Positions 46,951 to 55,610 of a stretch of 64,000 nt of DNA are shown here, piece after piece (positions within the stretch are counted from its first letter, which is position 1; the number at the start of each line of letters is the position of its first letter). Under the pieces are notes generated by a model, which worked only from the letters and a program-made list of their open reading frames with translations, had not been told where the DNA came from and searched no databases. Source of the DNA: an uncultured Clostridia bacterium. GTDB lineage: Bacteria > Bacillota > Clostridia > Christensenellales > CAG-917. The stretch spans positions 6,579 to 70,578 of the forward strand of contig CALVTH010000001.1 of NCBI GenBank assembly GCA_944360115.1, in the 5' to 3' direction. Made by a program: the position numbers and the translations under genes.

Positions 46951-47964
46951 ATGCTGAAAATCGGTATCATCGGCGCGGGCAGAATAGGCAAAGTCCACAC
47001 CGAGTCGATTATGCGTTATGTCGCGGGCGCCACGGTCAAGACCGTTGCCGACCCCTTTATGACCGAGGAGACCGCCGCATGGGCAAAGTCCATGGGCGTG
47101 GAAAAGGCGTGCAAGGACTATAAGGAAATCCTTTCCGACCCCGAAATAGACGCCGTGCTCATCTGTTCGTCCACGGACACCCATTCGCCCATTTCCCTTG
47201 AGGCAATCGCCGCGGGCAAGCACATCTTCTGCGAGAAACCCGTCGACCACGACCTCGGCAAAATCAAGGCGGTCATGGACGCGCTGAAAGGCTCGGATGT
47301 CAAGTATCAGGTGGGCTTCAACCGCCGCTTCGACCACAATTTCTCCGCCGCGCGCGAAGCCGTCGCGAACGGTAAAATCGGCGACCTCGCCGTCCTCAAA
47401 ATCACTTCCCGCGACCCTGGCGCGCCTCCCGTGTCCTACATAAAGGTGAGCGGCGGAATTTTCCTCGATATGACCATACACGACTTCGATATGGTGCGGT
47501 TTATTTCGGGTGACGAGGTGGACGAGGTCTATGCCGTCGGCGGCGTGACCGTCGACCCCGCTATAGGCGAAGCGGGCGACATCGACACAGCGGTGATAAC
47601 CCTCCGTCTCAAAGGCGGCGCGATCGCCGTCATCGACAACTGCCGCAGGGCGACCTACGGCTACGACCAGCGCCTCGAAGCCTTCGGCAGCAAAGGGCAG
47701 GTGGCAATCGCCAACGACACCCAGTCCAGCGCGGTCGTCTCCGACGCAAACGGCGTCACCGCCGAGAAACCGCTGTATTTCTTCCTCGAAAGGTATATGC
47801 AGGCGTATGCGAGCGAGGTGGCGGCCTTCGTGGACGCCGTCGTCAACGACAAGCCCGTGCCCGTCGGAGTGGAAGCGGGACTGCAATCCGTGCTCATCGG
47901 CGTTGCGGCGAAACGCTCCCTGGAGCTCAACCGTCCCGTCAGACTTTCGGAAATAGAATTCTGA
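46951..47964 (+). CDS. iolG: myo-Inositol 2-dehydrogenase (Gfo/Idh/MocA family)
   Basis: It has a Rossmann motif 'KIGIIGAGRIGKVH' and 'IFCEKPV'. It is the last gene of the iol cluster. The specific substrate is inferred from context. Confidence 0.78.
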   Translation: MLKIGIIGAGRIGKVHTESIMRYVAGATVKTVADPFMTEETAAWAKSMGVEKACKDYKEILSDPEIDAVLICSSTDTHSPISLEAIAAGKHIFCEKPVDHDLGKIKAVMDALKGSDVKYQVGFNRRFDHNFSAAREAVANGKIGDLAVLKITSRDPGAPPVSYIKVSGGIFLDMTIHDFDMVRFISGDEVDEVYAVGGVTVDPAIGEAGDIDTAVITLRLKGGAIAVIDNCRRATYGYDQRLEAFGSKGQVAIANDTQSSAVVSDANGVTAEKPLYFFLERYMQAYASEVAAFVDAVVNDKPVPVGVEAGLQSVLIGVAAKRSLELNRPVRLSEIEF

Positions 47965-47990
47965 ATTTTCGTCGCATACCCTAAGAAATC

Positions 47991-48016
47991 AAAACGACCG
48001 CGCTTGCGGTCGTTTT
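47991..48016. terminator. Bidirectional terminator between iolG (+) and the PfkB kinase gene (-)
   Basis: aaaacgaccgc-gctt-gcggtcgtttt has A/T runs on both sides. Confidence 0.7.
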
Positions 48017-48044
48017 CGGTTTCGGCACGGATATTGCGCGGACT

Positions 48045-48938
48045 CTACTTGTAGAACTCGTAGAACTCGTCGATGTAGGCTTGCACATCGCGGCGGGATT
48101 TGTCGAAGGGTCCCGTCTTTTCCATTTTGTAGGACACCGTCGCGGTTGCCCAGAGCAGGGAGGTGGGGATGTCGTTGTAAATGCGCTCTCCGAGATACGC
48201 CGCGAAGGTGGTGTCGCCGCGCCCCGTCCTGCCCGAAAGATTGCGCGACTTTATGGGGCAGGTGAAGAAATCCTTGCCGTCGTATATCAGCACTTCGGTG
48301 TTGTGGGTTATCATAATCTCCTTTGCGCCCATATCGTACAGGGCGCGGGCGGCTTCCTTCCTGTCGGACAGTCCCGTCATAATCTCGGCTTCGGCGGCGT
48401 CGGTTTTCAGATAGCGGATGTAGGGGAGCATATCGCGTTTGTCGCGCCAGTCCTCGAAGTACATTTCCGCGCCCGCGCCTCCGCTGTGACGGAGGAAACC
48501 CTGCACATCGACCGCGACATCGCCGCGCTTTTCGAGCAGGGGAATGAGGGCGGAGTCGAAGTCGCCGTAGATAAGTCCGCCGAGGTGATATATTTCGGCG
48601 TCGAAATCGGGTATGTCGCCTATGGTGAACGGGTCGCCCTGCGAGCGGCACACGCAACGGCGTTTCTCCTTGTCCTCGGTGAAATATTTGTTTTCTATGG
48701 AAGTGGAAGCCGACGAGGGCAGACAATAGATGTCATCGCGGGGCAGGGTGAAAACGCTCAGCCTGTCGCGGTCGGCTTCGGCGAGTTTCGTGACTGCGGC
48801 GACCTTTCTTCCGAGAGCGTACGCCGCCGCGGAAGAGTAGACCACCGCGCCGCCTATCTGCACGGTGAGATTGTCGTGACAGTCTATGTTGTAGTCGAGA
48901 GACACATGCCCGATGATGACGCAATCGTAACTTTTCAT
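48045..48938 (-). CDS. PfkB-family carbohydrate kinase (substrate unknown)
   Basis: It has a ribokinase-like fold with 'GGAVVYSSAAAYALG' and 'GRTGRGDTTFAAYL' (the anion hole/GxGD region). Confidence 0.72.
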   Translation of the reverse strand: MKSYDCVIIGHVSLDYNIDCHDNLTVQIGGAVVYSSAAAYALGRKVAAVTKLAEADRDRLSVFTLPRDDIYCLPSSASTSIENKYFTEDKEKRRCVCRSQGDPFTIGDIPDFDAEIYHLGGLIYGDFDSALIPLLEKRGDVAVDVQGFLRHSGGAGAEMYFEDWRDKRDMLPYIRYLKTDAAEAEIMTGLSDRKEAARALYDMGAKEIMITHNTEVLIYDGKDFFTCPIKSRNLSGRTGRGDTTFAAYLGERIYNDIPTSLLWATATVSYKMEKTGPFDKSRRDVQAYIDEFYEFYK

Positions 48939-49111
48939 ACTTGTTTTTCTCCGTTAAAATGCAGTTTCGGTGAAAAAGGTTTTCCGCAACCCGAACGTGC
49001 GTTCCCGAGCGGTGCGATTTGCGTCCGTCAACTCGGTTCGAGTGCGGTTTTCCGACACGGTTTACTATAGCAAAAAATGCTTAATTGCACAAGGTTAATT
49101 GCGTCAACCAC

Positions 49112-49140
49112 TTGCCAAACATACGGCTTTCCGCTATTAT
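49112..49140 (+). promoter_or_regulatory. Candidate promoter of the second carbohydrate operon
   Basis: TTGCCA (49112-17), a 17-nt spacer, then TATTAT (49135-40). It is preceded by two TTAATTGC direct repeats (49081-88 and 49095-102). Confidence 0.45.
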
Positions 49141-49228
49141 ATTAGACAGAATTTGTTCAGTGTACGCTTTTCCGCGTGCGGGCGCGCTCGAGTCGTATTC
49201 CGCGACAAAGCCGCCGAAGAGGGGAATT

Positions 49229-50503
49229 ATGGTCAGAATCGCCGTATTGGGGCTCGGAAGCCGCGGCAAAAATTACGGGGGACATCTGTCCCGCAATCCC
49301 AATGTGCAGATCGTTTCCGTCTGCGATAAATTTCAGAACAAAATCGACAAGGTCAAGGGCAAGTGGAATGTGCCCGACGACAAGTGCTTCACCGACGACG
49401 AGGAATTCTTCGCGCAGGGCAAAATCGCCGACGCAATGATTATCGCCACGCAGGACCGCGACCATTACGGTCACGCCATGCGTGCGCTCGACCTCGGCTA
49501 TGACCTCATTCTCGAAAAGCCCGTCAGTCCGTTTATCGAACAGACTCTCGAAATCGAACGCAAAGCGCGCGAAAAAGGCGCGAGGGTGCTGGTGTGCCAT
49601 GTCCTGCGTTACGCCCCCTATTACCGCAGAATCAAGAAGATGATCGACAGCGGCGTGCTGGGCGACATCGTTTCCATAAAGCACGACGAAAACATCTCGT
49701 ACTGGCATTTCGCCCACAGTTATGTGCGCGGCAACTGGCGCAGGGAGGAGGAGACCTCTCCGATGTTGCTTGCGAAATGCTGTCACGATATGGATTTGCT
49801 GTACTGGTACACGGGCAGCAAGTTCGCCAAGGTCAATTCCTACGGCGGGTTGAAGTATTTCACCGAGAAGTCCGCGCCCGAAGGCAGCGCGGCGCGCTGC
49901 GCCGACTGCGCGCTTAAGGACACCTGCATTTACGAGGCGCGCTATCAGTACATAGGTCGTCCTTTCCGCGGCAAGAAATTCCCGTGGGGGACATACGCGT
50001 TTTGTCAGTCCAAGTCCAAAGCCGACATCGCCGAGTCGCTCGAAAAGGGCGAGAAGGGCAGACTGTTCGGTCGGTGCGTGTTCCGCTGCGACAACAATGT
50101 CGTCGACAATCAGACCGTCAACATCGAGTTCGAAAACGGCGTGCGCTGCGTGATGACGGTGACGGCGTTCAACGAAAAGAATCACCGCCACACCGAAATC
50201 CGCGGCACCAAGGGCACGCTCATCGCCGACGACAGCCACAGCATACTCAAATTCCAGCCCTTCGACGGCAGAAAGCGCAGAATCAGGGTCAACCTCATTC
50301 CCGTCGTGCGCGGCCATTACGGCGGCGACCAGGGTCTTATGAAAGCGGCGGCGGCAATGCTCGAAAACAAGTTCGACCCCGGTGTGCTGTACACCTGGAT
50401 AAGCGACACGGTGGAGAGTCACCGTATCGTCGCCGCGGCGGAGAAATCCAGAAAAGAGGGCGGCAGACTGGTGACGGGGGAGGAAATTCCCGACATCGAG
50501 TAA
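49229..50503 (+). CDS. Gfo/Idh/MocA-family oxidoreductase
   Basis: It contains 'RIAVLGLGSRGKNY' and 'LILEKPV', and has a long C-terminal alpha/beta domain. Confidence 0.8.
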   Translation: MVRIAVLGLGSRGKNYGGHLSRNPNVQIVSVCDKFQNKIDKVKGKWNVPDDKCFTDDEEFFAQGKIADAMIIATQDRDHYGHAMRALDLGYDLILEKPVSPFIEQTLEIERKAREKGARVLVCHVLRYAPYYRRIKKMIDSGVLGDIVSIKHDENISYWHFAHSYVRGNWRREEETSPMLLAKCCHDMDLLYWYTGSKFAKVNSYGGLKYFTEKSAPEGSAARCADCALKDTCIYEARYQYIGRPFRGKKFPWGTYAFCQSKSKADIAESLEKGEKGRLFGRCVFRCDNNVVDNQTVNIEFENGVRCVMTVTAFNEKNHRHTEIRGTKGTLIADDSHSILKFQPFDGRKRRIRVNLIPVVRGHYGGDQGLMKAAAAMLENKFDPGVLYTWISDTVESHRIVAAAEKSRKEGGRLVTGEEIPDIE

Positions 50504-50513
50504 GCAACGCGGT

Positions 50514-50975
50514 ATGACAACGCTCTTTTCTCTCGACACCACATTCACCGACGCCGACCACCACACCCACAGGGCGTATTCGTTTGCCGTGCCGTCGGGG
50601 CTCAGGGAAATCAGGGTGAAACTGAGTTATTCGCCCAAGGATTTCGACGACGAGGAGAAAAGCGTGGGGATTATCCGCGACATTCTCGCCCGCGACGCGT
50701 GGTACGAGACTTTCACGGAAGAGGAAGTGCGCGGATTCCTGCCGCTGCGCAACCACATTTCGGTGTCCATAGACAGCCCCGACGGGTGGCTGGGCACGGC
50801 GCACCGTCACGCTCCGCGGCAGGAGTTTTTCATCAACGAAAAGGACTGCGCCTGCGGTTTCCGTCCCGCTCCGATAAAGGCGGGCGAATGGAAAATCACG
50901 CTCAGTTTCAACTGTGTGGTGACGGGTACGGTGGATGTGCGCGTCGTGGCGGAGGGATACGATGAGATTCGTTAA
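50514..50975 (+). CDS. Hypothetical protein (153 aa, predicted beta-rich)
   Basis: It lies 10 nt after the upstream stop and overlaps the PHP gene by 14 nt. No motif was recognised. Confidence 0.5.
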   Translation: MTTLFSLDTTFTDADHHTHRAYSFAVPSGLREIRVKLSYSPKDFDDEEKSVGIIRDILARDAWYETFTEEEVRGFLPLRNHISVSIDSPDGWLGTAHRHAPRQEFFINEKDCACGFRPAPIKAGEWKITLSFNCVVTGTVDVRVVAEGYDEIR

Positions 50976-51915
50976 GTGCGAACTGCACACCCACACGCTG
51001 TGGAGCGACGGCACGATGACCCCCGAGGAGCTCGTCGAAAACGCCGTAAAGCGCGGTTATGCCGCGATAGCTTCCACCGACCACAACACCTGGTTTGCGT
51101 ATCCTCGCATAAAGGCGGCGGCGGACAAGGCGGGACTGGTCGCGGTGAAGGGTATAGAGTGGACGACATTCTACGGACATCTCACCGTGCTCGGCGGCAA
51201 CAGCCCCGTGGACTGGCGCGATGTGCGCCCCGACAACATCGCCGACAAAATCCTCGAAGCGCGCGCGAGCGGCGACGCCGTGGTGCTGTGTCACCCGGCG
51301 AGGATAGGCGGACAGATATGTTGCGGCTGTCACAACGATTTCGACATAGGCGCGGGTCTGCTTTCCGCAATGGAGGTGTGGAGCCGCTACAACCAGAACC
51401 GCGACGCGGCGAACGCCGAAGCCGAAAGGCTGTGGCGCGCGCGGCTGGACGACGGCGAAAGAATCGCCGCCGTGTACGGCTACGACTGGCACCGTCCCGA
51501 CAGGGGTTGCCCGCCGTATTCGGCGACTTATGTGGGCGTCGAGGGCGCGGTGACTCCCGAAAAAATCGTGGAAGGAGTGAAGCGCGGGCGCACCTATGTC
51601 TCGTCGGGCGTCGAACTGGAGATTTCGGTGACGGCGGCGGGCGAGAGACGGGAAATCGGCGACTCGTTCCCCGCGGGGGAAGTCGCTGTTTCCGTGACGG
51701 TGAAAAGAGACGGCGACTACGCGAAGGAGTATGCCGTCGAGACCGAGGCAATCGCCGTCGAGGGCAGCGCGTTTTCGGCTCGTGCCGAGGGCGACCGCCT
51801 TTCGGTGACGGCGCGGGCGGAGAAGGGATATTTCTTCGTCAAGGTGTTCGGCAAAATAGACGGCGAGAGGACGGAACTGGCAATCACCGCTCCGTTCTAC
51901 ACGGAGGAGATATGA
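50962..51915 (+). CDS. PHP-domain metal-dependent phosphoesterase (CehA/McbA-like)
   Basis: The N-terminus 'CELHTHTLWSDGTMTPEELVENAVKRGYAAIASTDHN' carries the PHP HxH...D...DH signature. Confidence 0.7.
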   Translation: MRFVKCELHTHTLWSDGTMTPEELVENAVKRGYAAIASTDHNTWFAYPRIKAAADKAGLVAVKGIEWTTFYGHLTVLGGNSPVDWRDVRPDNIADKILEARASGDAVVLCHPARIGGQICCGCHNDFDIGAGLLSAMEVWSRYNQNRDAANAEAERLWRARLDDGERIAAVYGYDWHRPDRGCPPYSATYVGVEGAVTPEKIVEGVKRGRTYVSSGVELEISVTAAGERREIGDSFPAGEVAVSVTVKRDGDYAKEYAVETEAIAVEGSAFSARAEGDRLSVTARAEKGYFFVKVFGKIDGERTELAITAPFYTEEI

Positions 51916-52556
51916 TCACTGCACACGGCGGCGCGCTGGGCACGGGGCGCAATACGGCGAGGTATTTCGACAGGGTGGCGGATTATGCCGCCGACGCTCT
52001 CGAAATCGATGTCAGGAAGAGGGGGGATTTGCTCTACATCTCGCACCTGCCCGCCCTTTTCCCCAAACGCAAAATCACGCTCGACGAGGCGTTCGACCGC
52101 GTCAGGGAATCGGGACTGCGCGTCAACTGCGACCTGAAGCAGCGCGGAATGGTGCGCGCCGTGCTTGACCTTGCAAAGAGCAAGGGCATTGCCGACAAGG
52201 TGTATTTCACGGGGACGGCTTCGCTGGAGGACAGCGACGAGCTGGACGCCGGGGAAGTGTGGCTGAACTCCTTCAACTTCCGCGACACGGGCATAACCCC
52301 CGAGACGGCGGCGCTGATAAAGGAGAAAATCGACGCGACGGGCAATCCCGCATTCAGGGGCGTCAACATCAACAGGAGTCTCGCAACCGACGCTTTTATG
52401 GAAGCGGCGAAGAAGGCGGGGCTTGGGGTGTCGGTCTACACCGTGGACGACCCGCGCGAGCAGGAGAGAATACTTGCGCACAACCCCGACAACATGACCA
52501 CCAACCAGCCCGTGACGGCACGGCGTATTCTGGAGAAAATCAGTAAAGGCGAATGA
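51912..52556 (+). CDS. Glycerophosphodiester phosphodiesterase-family protein
   Basis: It contains 'ITAHGGA', 'ALEIDVRK' and 'VYTVDDP...MTTNQP', which is a GDPD-like TIM barrel. Its ATG overlaps the PHP gene stop (ATGA). Confidence 0.65.
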   Translation: MITAHGGALGTGRNTARYFDRVADYAADALEIDVRKRGDLLYISHLPALFPKRKITLDEAFDRVRESGLRVNCDLKQRGMVRAVLDLAKSKGIADKVYFTGTASLEDSDELDAGEVWLNSFNFRDTGITPETAALIKEKIDATGNPAFRGVNINRSLATDAFMEAAKKAGLGVSVYTVDDPREQERILAHNPDNMTTNQPVTARRILEKISKGE

Positions 52557-52587
52557 CGGCTCCCGCCGCTTTCGCTCAGGAGGATAT

Positions 52588-53532
52588 ATGGCAATCAAAA
52601 TCTCGGGATTTTACGACGAAGTAAGCTCCGACCTCAAGGTGCAGCTCGAGCTGATGAAGAAACTCGGCGAGCGTTACATCTGCCCCCGCAGCGTCAACGG
52701 CAGGAACATCGCCGACTACACCGCGGAAGAATTCGTCTCCACGGTCAAGCCCGTGCTCGACGAATACGGCGCGTCCTTCTCGTCGATCGGATCGCCGATC
52801 GGCAAGATAGGGCTCTATGACGACGAAGCCTATGAGAGACAATGCGGGCAACTGCGCGAGCTGGTCAAGATAGCCAACGCCATGAATTGCCGTTATATCC
52901 GCATATTCAGTTTCCATGTCGACCCCAAGGGCGATTATGAGGCGTACAAGCCCGAGGTGCTCAAGAAACTCAAGGGCTTCCGCGACATAGCCGAAGAGGG
53001 CGGCGTGGTGCTGCTGCACGAGAACGAAAAGAAGATTTACGGCGACATTCCGTCGCGTTGTCTCGAAATTTACGAGGCCCTCGGCAACGACAATTTCCGC
53101 CTTGCCTTCGACGCAAGCAATTTCATACAGTGCGGCGCGGTGCCTGCGGAAGCGTACGCCTTGCTCAAGGACTACTGCGTGTACTATCACATCAAGGATT
53201 GCTCGCCCGAGGGAGTGGAAGTGCCTATCGGTATGGGCAACGGCGGTTACCGCGAAATGCTCGCCGACCTCGTGTGCAACAGGGGCTACGACGGTTTCTT
53301 CACGCTGGAGCCGCACACGGCGAAGTACGCCGTGCTCAAGAACGCTTTCAATGTGCTGTTCCCCATTGCGGCGCTCATACCGCCCGTGAAGAATTTCCAC
53401 AAAGTGTTCCTGCGCATAGACAAGGCGTACGGCATAAAGCGTTTCGGCAGGGTCAGCCGCGAACAGGTGTTCGTGTGGCAGTACGAAGGTCTCAGGAAAC
53501 TGCTCGCCGAAGTGGGAGCCGTGACGGAATGA
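52588..53532 (+). CDS. Sugar phosphate isomerase/epimerase (xylose-isomerase-like TIM barrel)
   Basis: It contains 'IRIFSF', 'VVLLHENE', 'FRLAFDASNF', 'HIKD' and 'GFFTLEPH', which match the AP-endonuclease-2/IolE-IolI superfamily metal ligand pattern. Confidence 0.72.
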   Translation: MAIKISGFYDEVSSDLKVQLELMKKLGERYICPRSVNGRNIADYTAEEFVSTVKPVLDEYGASFSSIGSPIGKIGLYDDEAYERQCGQLRELVKIANAMNCRYIRIFSFHVDPKGDYEAYKPEVLKKLKGFRDIAEEGGVVLLHENEKKIYGDIPSRCLEIYEALGNDNFRLAFDASNFIQCGAVPAEAYALLKDYCVYYHIKDCSPEGVEVPIGMGNGGYREMLADLVCNRGYDGFFTLEPHTAKYAVLKNAFNVLFPIAALIPPVKNFHKVFLRIDKAYGIKRFGRVSREQVFVWQYEGLRKLLAEVGAVTE

Positions 53533-53600
53533 CGGAAAGCGGGCGCGGACGCGTCGCGTCCGTGCCGCACTGCGCGTGAGCGCAAACATTGAGGGGAGTT

Positions 53601-55532
53601 ATGGGAAACAACGGCAAACCTGTTTACCGCGACGGTAAAATCATCGTCGAAAACACCTTTTTCGAGAAGGTGTGCTACGACGCGGGCAACAATCTCATCA
53701 CGGCGCAATTCGACGGGCGCGGCGGCGTGTCCAAGTACGCCGTGATGAACAAATTCTCCGTATTTTCGGCGTACTATTCCACATTCTCCGTCAACGGCGC
53801 GCCCGTGTCGTGGGATGTGCCCAAGCGGGTGGAGATGATAGGGCGCACGCAGCGCGTGTTCTTCTCCGCGCCGCAGGCGGATTTCGTCGTCACTTTCTTC
53901 CTCGACGGCACCACCAACGCCGTATTCTGCGACATCGGCGTGACTGCGAAAGAGGACATACGCTTTGAGAATGTCGTCAATTACGGCATAAATTTCTCCT
54001 CTTATCTCGAACAGCTGCTTGCCAACCGACTGAGCGCGCGAAACATCGGCAAAATCGTCGGCGGCGTCATAAGGAACAGGAAGCCCTCCCTCACCGTGCG
54101 CGACGGCGTGGGATATATCCGCAACGATGTCATGGGCGACTTCTATCTCGATTTCGCAATCGGCGAAGGGGCGGAAGTGCTGGAGAAAGAGCGCAATTTC
54201 TACAATCAGTTCGCTTTCGGCGGCGCCGTGAGGGCGGGAGAGGAGAAACATTTCCGCTATCTCATGAGTGCGGGCACCCGCGACGATTTCACCTTCTGCG
54301 ACGCCGTGGAAGCCTTCAAACGCTTCGACGCGTCGTATGCGGAATCCGAGCGTTACATCGATTCCTTCGAGTGCCCCGAAGGTCTGGACGACTTTCACAG
54401 GAGTTTTTACAATTCGCTCATCAACTGTTCGCTGTCCAACTATAAGGAACTGGGCGACTTCAAGTCGTTTCTCGCGGGTATCGTGTATCAGTTCCCCGCG
54501 CGCACCTATTACCGCGATTCCTACTGGACGGTGCTTTCCGTGCTGCCCGTGCGCCCCGATCTCGTGCGCAATCAGATTGTCACATTGAGCAGGGGAGTCA
54601 ACTACAAGACGGGCGAGTGCCCCTCGGCGGTGAAGTTCAATTTCAAAAATTACTGGGGCAACCATTACGATTCGCCCAGTTTCCTCGCCATTATGCTTTA
54701 CGACTATGTCGCTCACACGGGCGACCGCAGCGTGCTAGACGAGAAAGCGGGCGGCAAGACGGTGTTGCAGGCGGCGCGCCGCGTAATCGAACGCCTGAGA
54801 AAGGAGACCGACGACACGGGACTGCTGGTCAAGGGCGGCGAGTACAACCGCCGCGACTGGTGCGACAATGTTTTCCGCGGCGGATATGTCACCTACGACG
54901 AAGGACTGTACGCCCGCGCGCTGTACGCGCTCGCCGCATTGCTCAAGGGGCGCGACGACGCGGCGGCGGCGGAATACGCGGCGGAATACGCCAAAGTGAA
55001 AAAGGCAATCAACGACCTGCTGTGGGACGAGGAGAAAGGCTGGTTCGTCAACTACCGCGAGGAGGATTTCACCGAGGACAACCTTTCGATAGACACCGTG
55101 GTGGTGCCGTTGTTCGGTCTGACCGACGACGCCCGCGCGCGGCGTATGCTCTCCAATATGGAGCGCCTGCTCGAAAGCCGCAACAACACGGAACAGAAAG
55201 CCGGCGATTTCGGCGTGTTCGCGGTGTTCCCGTTCTACAAGAATCTCAGGGATGTCGTGCAGAAATCCTCGCTTCCGTACTACTACCACAACGGCGGCGA
55301 CTGGCCGTATCTGTCGGGGATGTACGCCTATGCCAAACTCATGTACGGCATGGATTACGAGTACCCATTGACGCGCTGGTTCGAGTACAACGCCGAGCGC
55401 GGCAACTATACTCCAGTGGAATTTTTCAGCCCCGCGCACCCCGACGGGTCGCTGTTGCAGGCGTGGAGCTCGACGGGCGCGTTCGTGCTCAAATACCCGA
55501 AAGGGGACTTCTTCAAAAAGACGCTCGACTGA
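53601..55532 (+). CDS. (alpha/alpha)6-barrel glycoside hydrolase (GDE_C / GH63-related)
   Basis: It contains 'YRDSYWTVLSVLP', 'GNHYDSPSFLAIMLYDYVAHTGD', 'GGYVTYDEGLYARALYA' and 'YHNGGDWPYLSGMYAYA', which follow the six-hairpin glycosidase pattern. The family assignment is tentative. Confidence 0.6.
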   Translation: MGNNGKPVYRDGKIIVENTFFEKVCYDAGNNLITAQFDGRGGVSKYAVMNKFSVFSAYYSTFSVNGAPVSWDVPKRVEMIGRTQRVFFSAPQADFVVTFFLDGTTNAVFCDIGVTAKEDIRFENVVNYGINFSSYLEQLLANRLSARNIGKIVGGVIRNRKPSLTVRDGVGYIRNDVMGDFYLDFAIGEGAEVLEKERNFYNQFAFGGAVRAGEEKHFRYLMSAGTRDDFTFCDAVEAFKRFDASYAESERYIDSFECPEGLDDFHRSFYNSLINCSLSNYKELGDFKSFLAGIVYQFPARTYYRDSYWTVLSVLPVRPDLVRNQIVTLSRGVNYKTGECPSAVKFNFKNYWGNHYDSPSFLAIMLYDYVAHTGDRSVLDEKAGGKTVLQAARRVIERLRKETDDTGLLVKGGEYNRRDWCDNVFRGGYVTYDEGLYARALYALAALLKGRDDAAAAEYAAEYAKVKKAINDLLWDEEKGWFVNYREEDFTEDNLSIDTVVVPLFGLTDDARARRMLSNMERLLESRNNTEQKAGDFGVFAVFPFYKNLRDVVQKSSLPYYYHNGGDWPYLSGMYAYAKLMYGMDYEYPLTRWFEYNAERGNYTPVEFFSPAHPDGSLLQAWSSTGAFVLKYPKGDFFKKTLD

Positions 55533-55610
55533 CCGTCGGGCGACAACAATCGACTGAAACGGGACTTTACCGTCCCGAATAAGGTGAATAAACAGAGCAA
55601 GGAGAAAATT

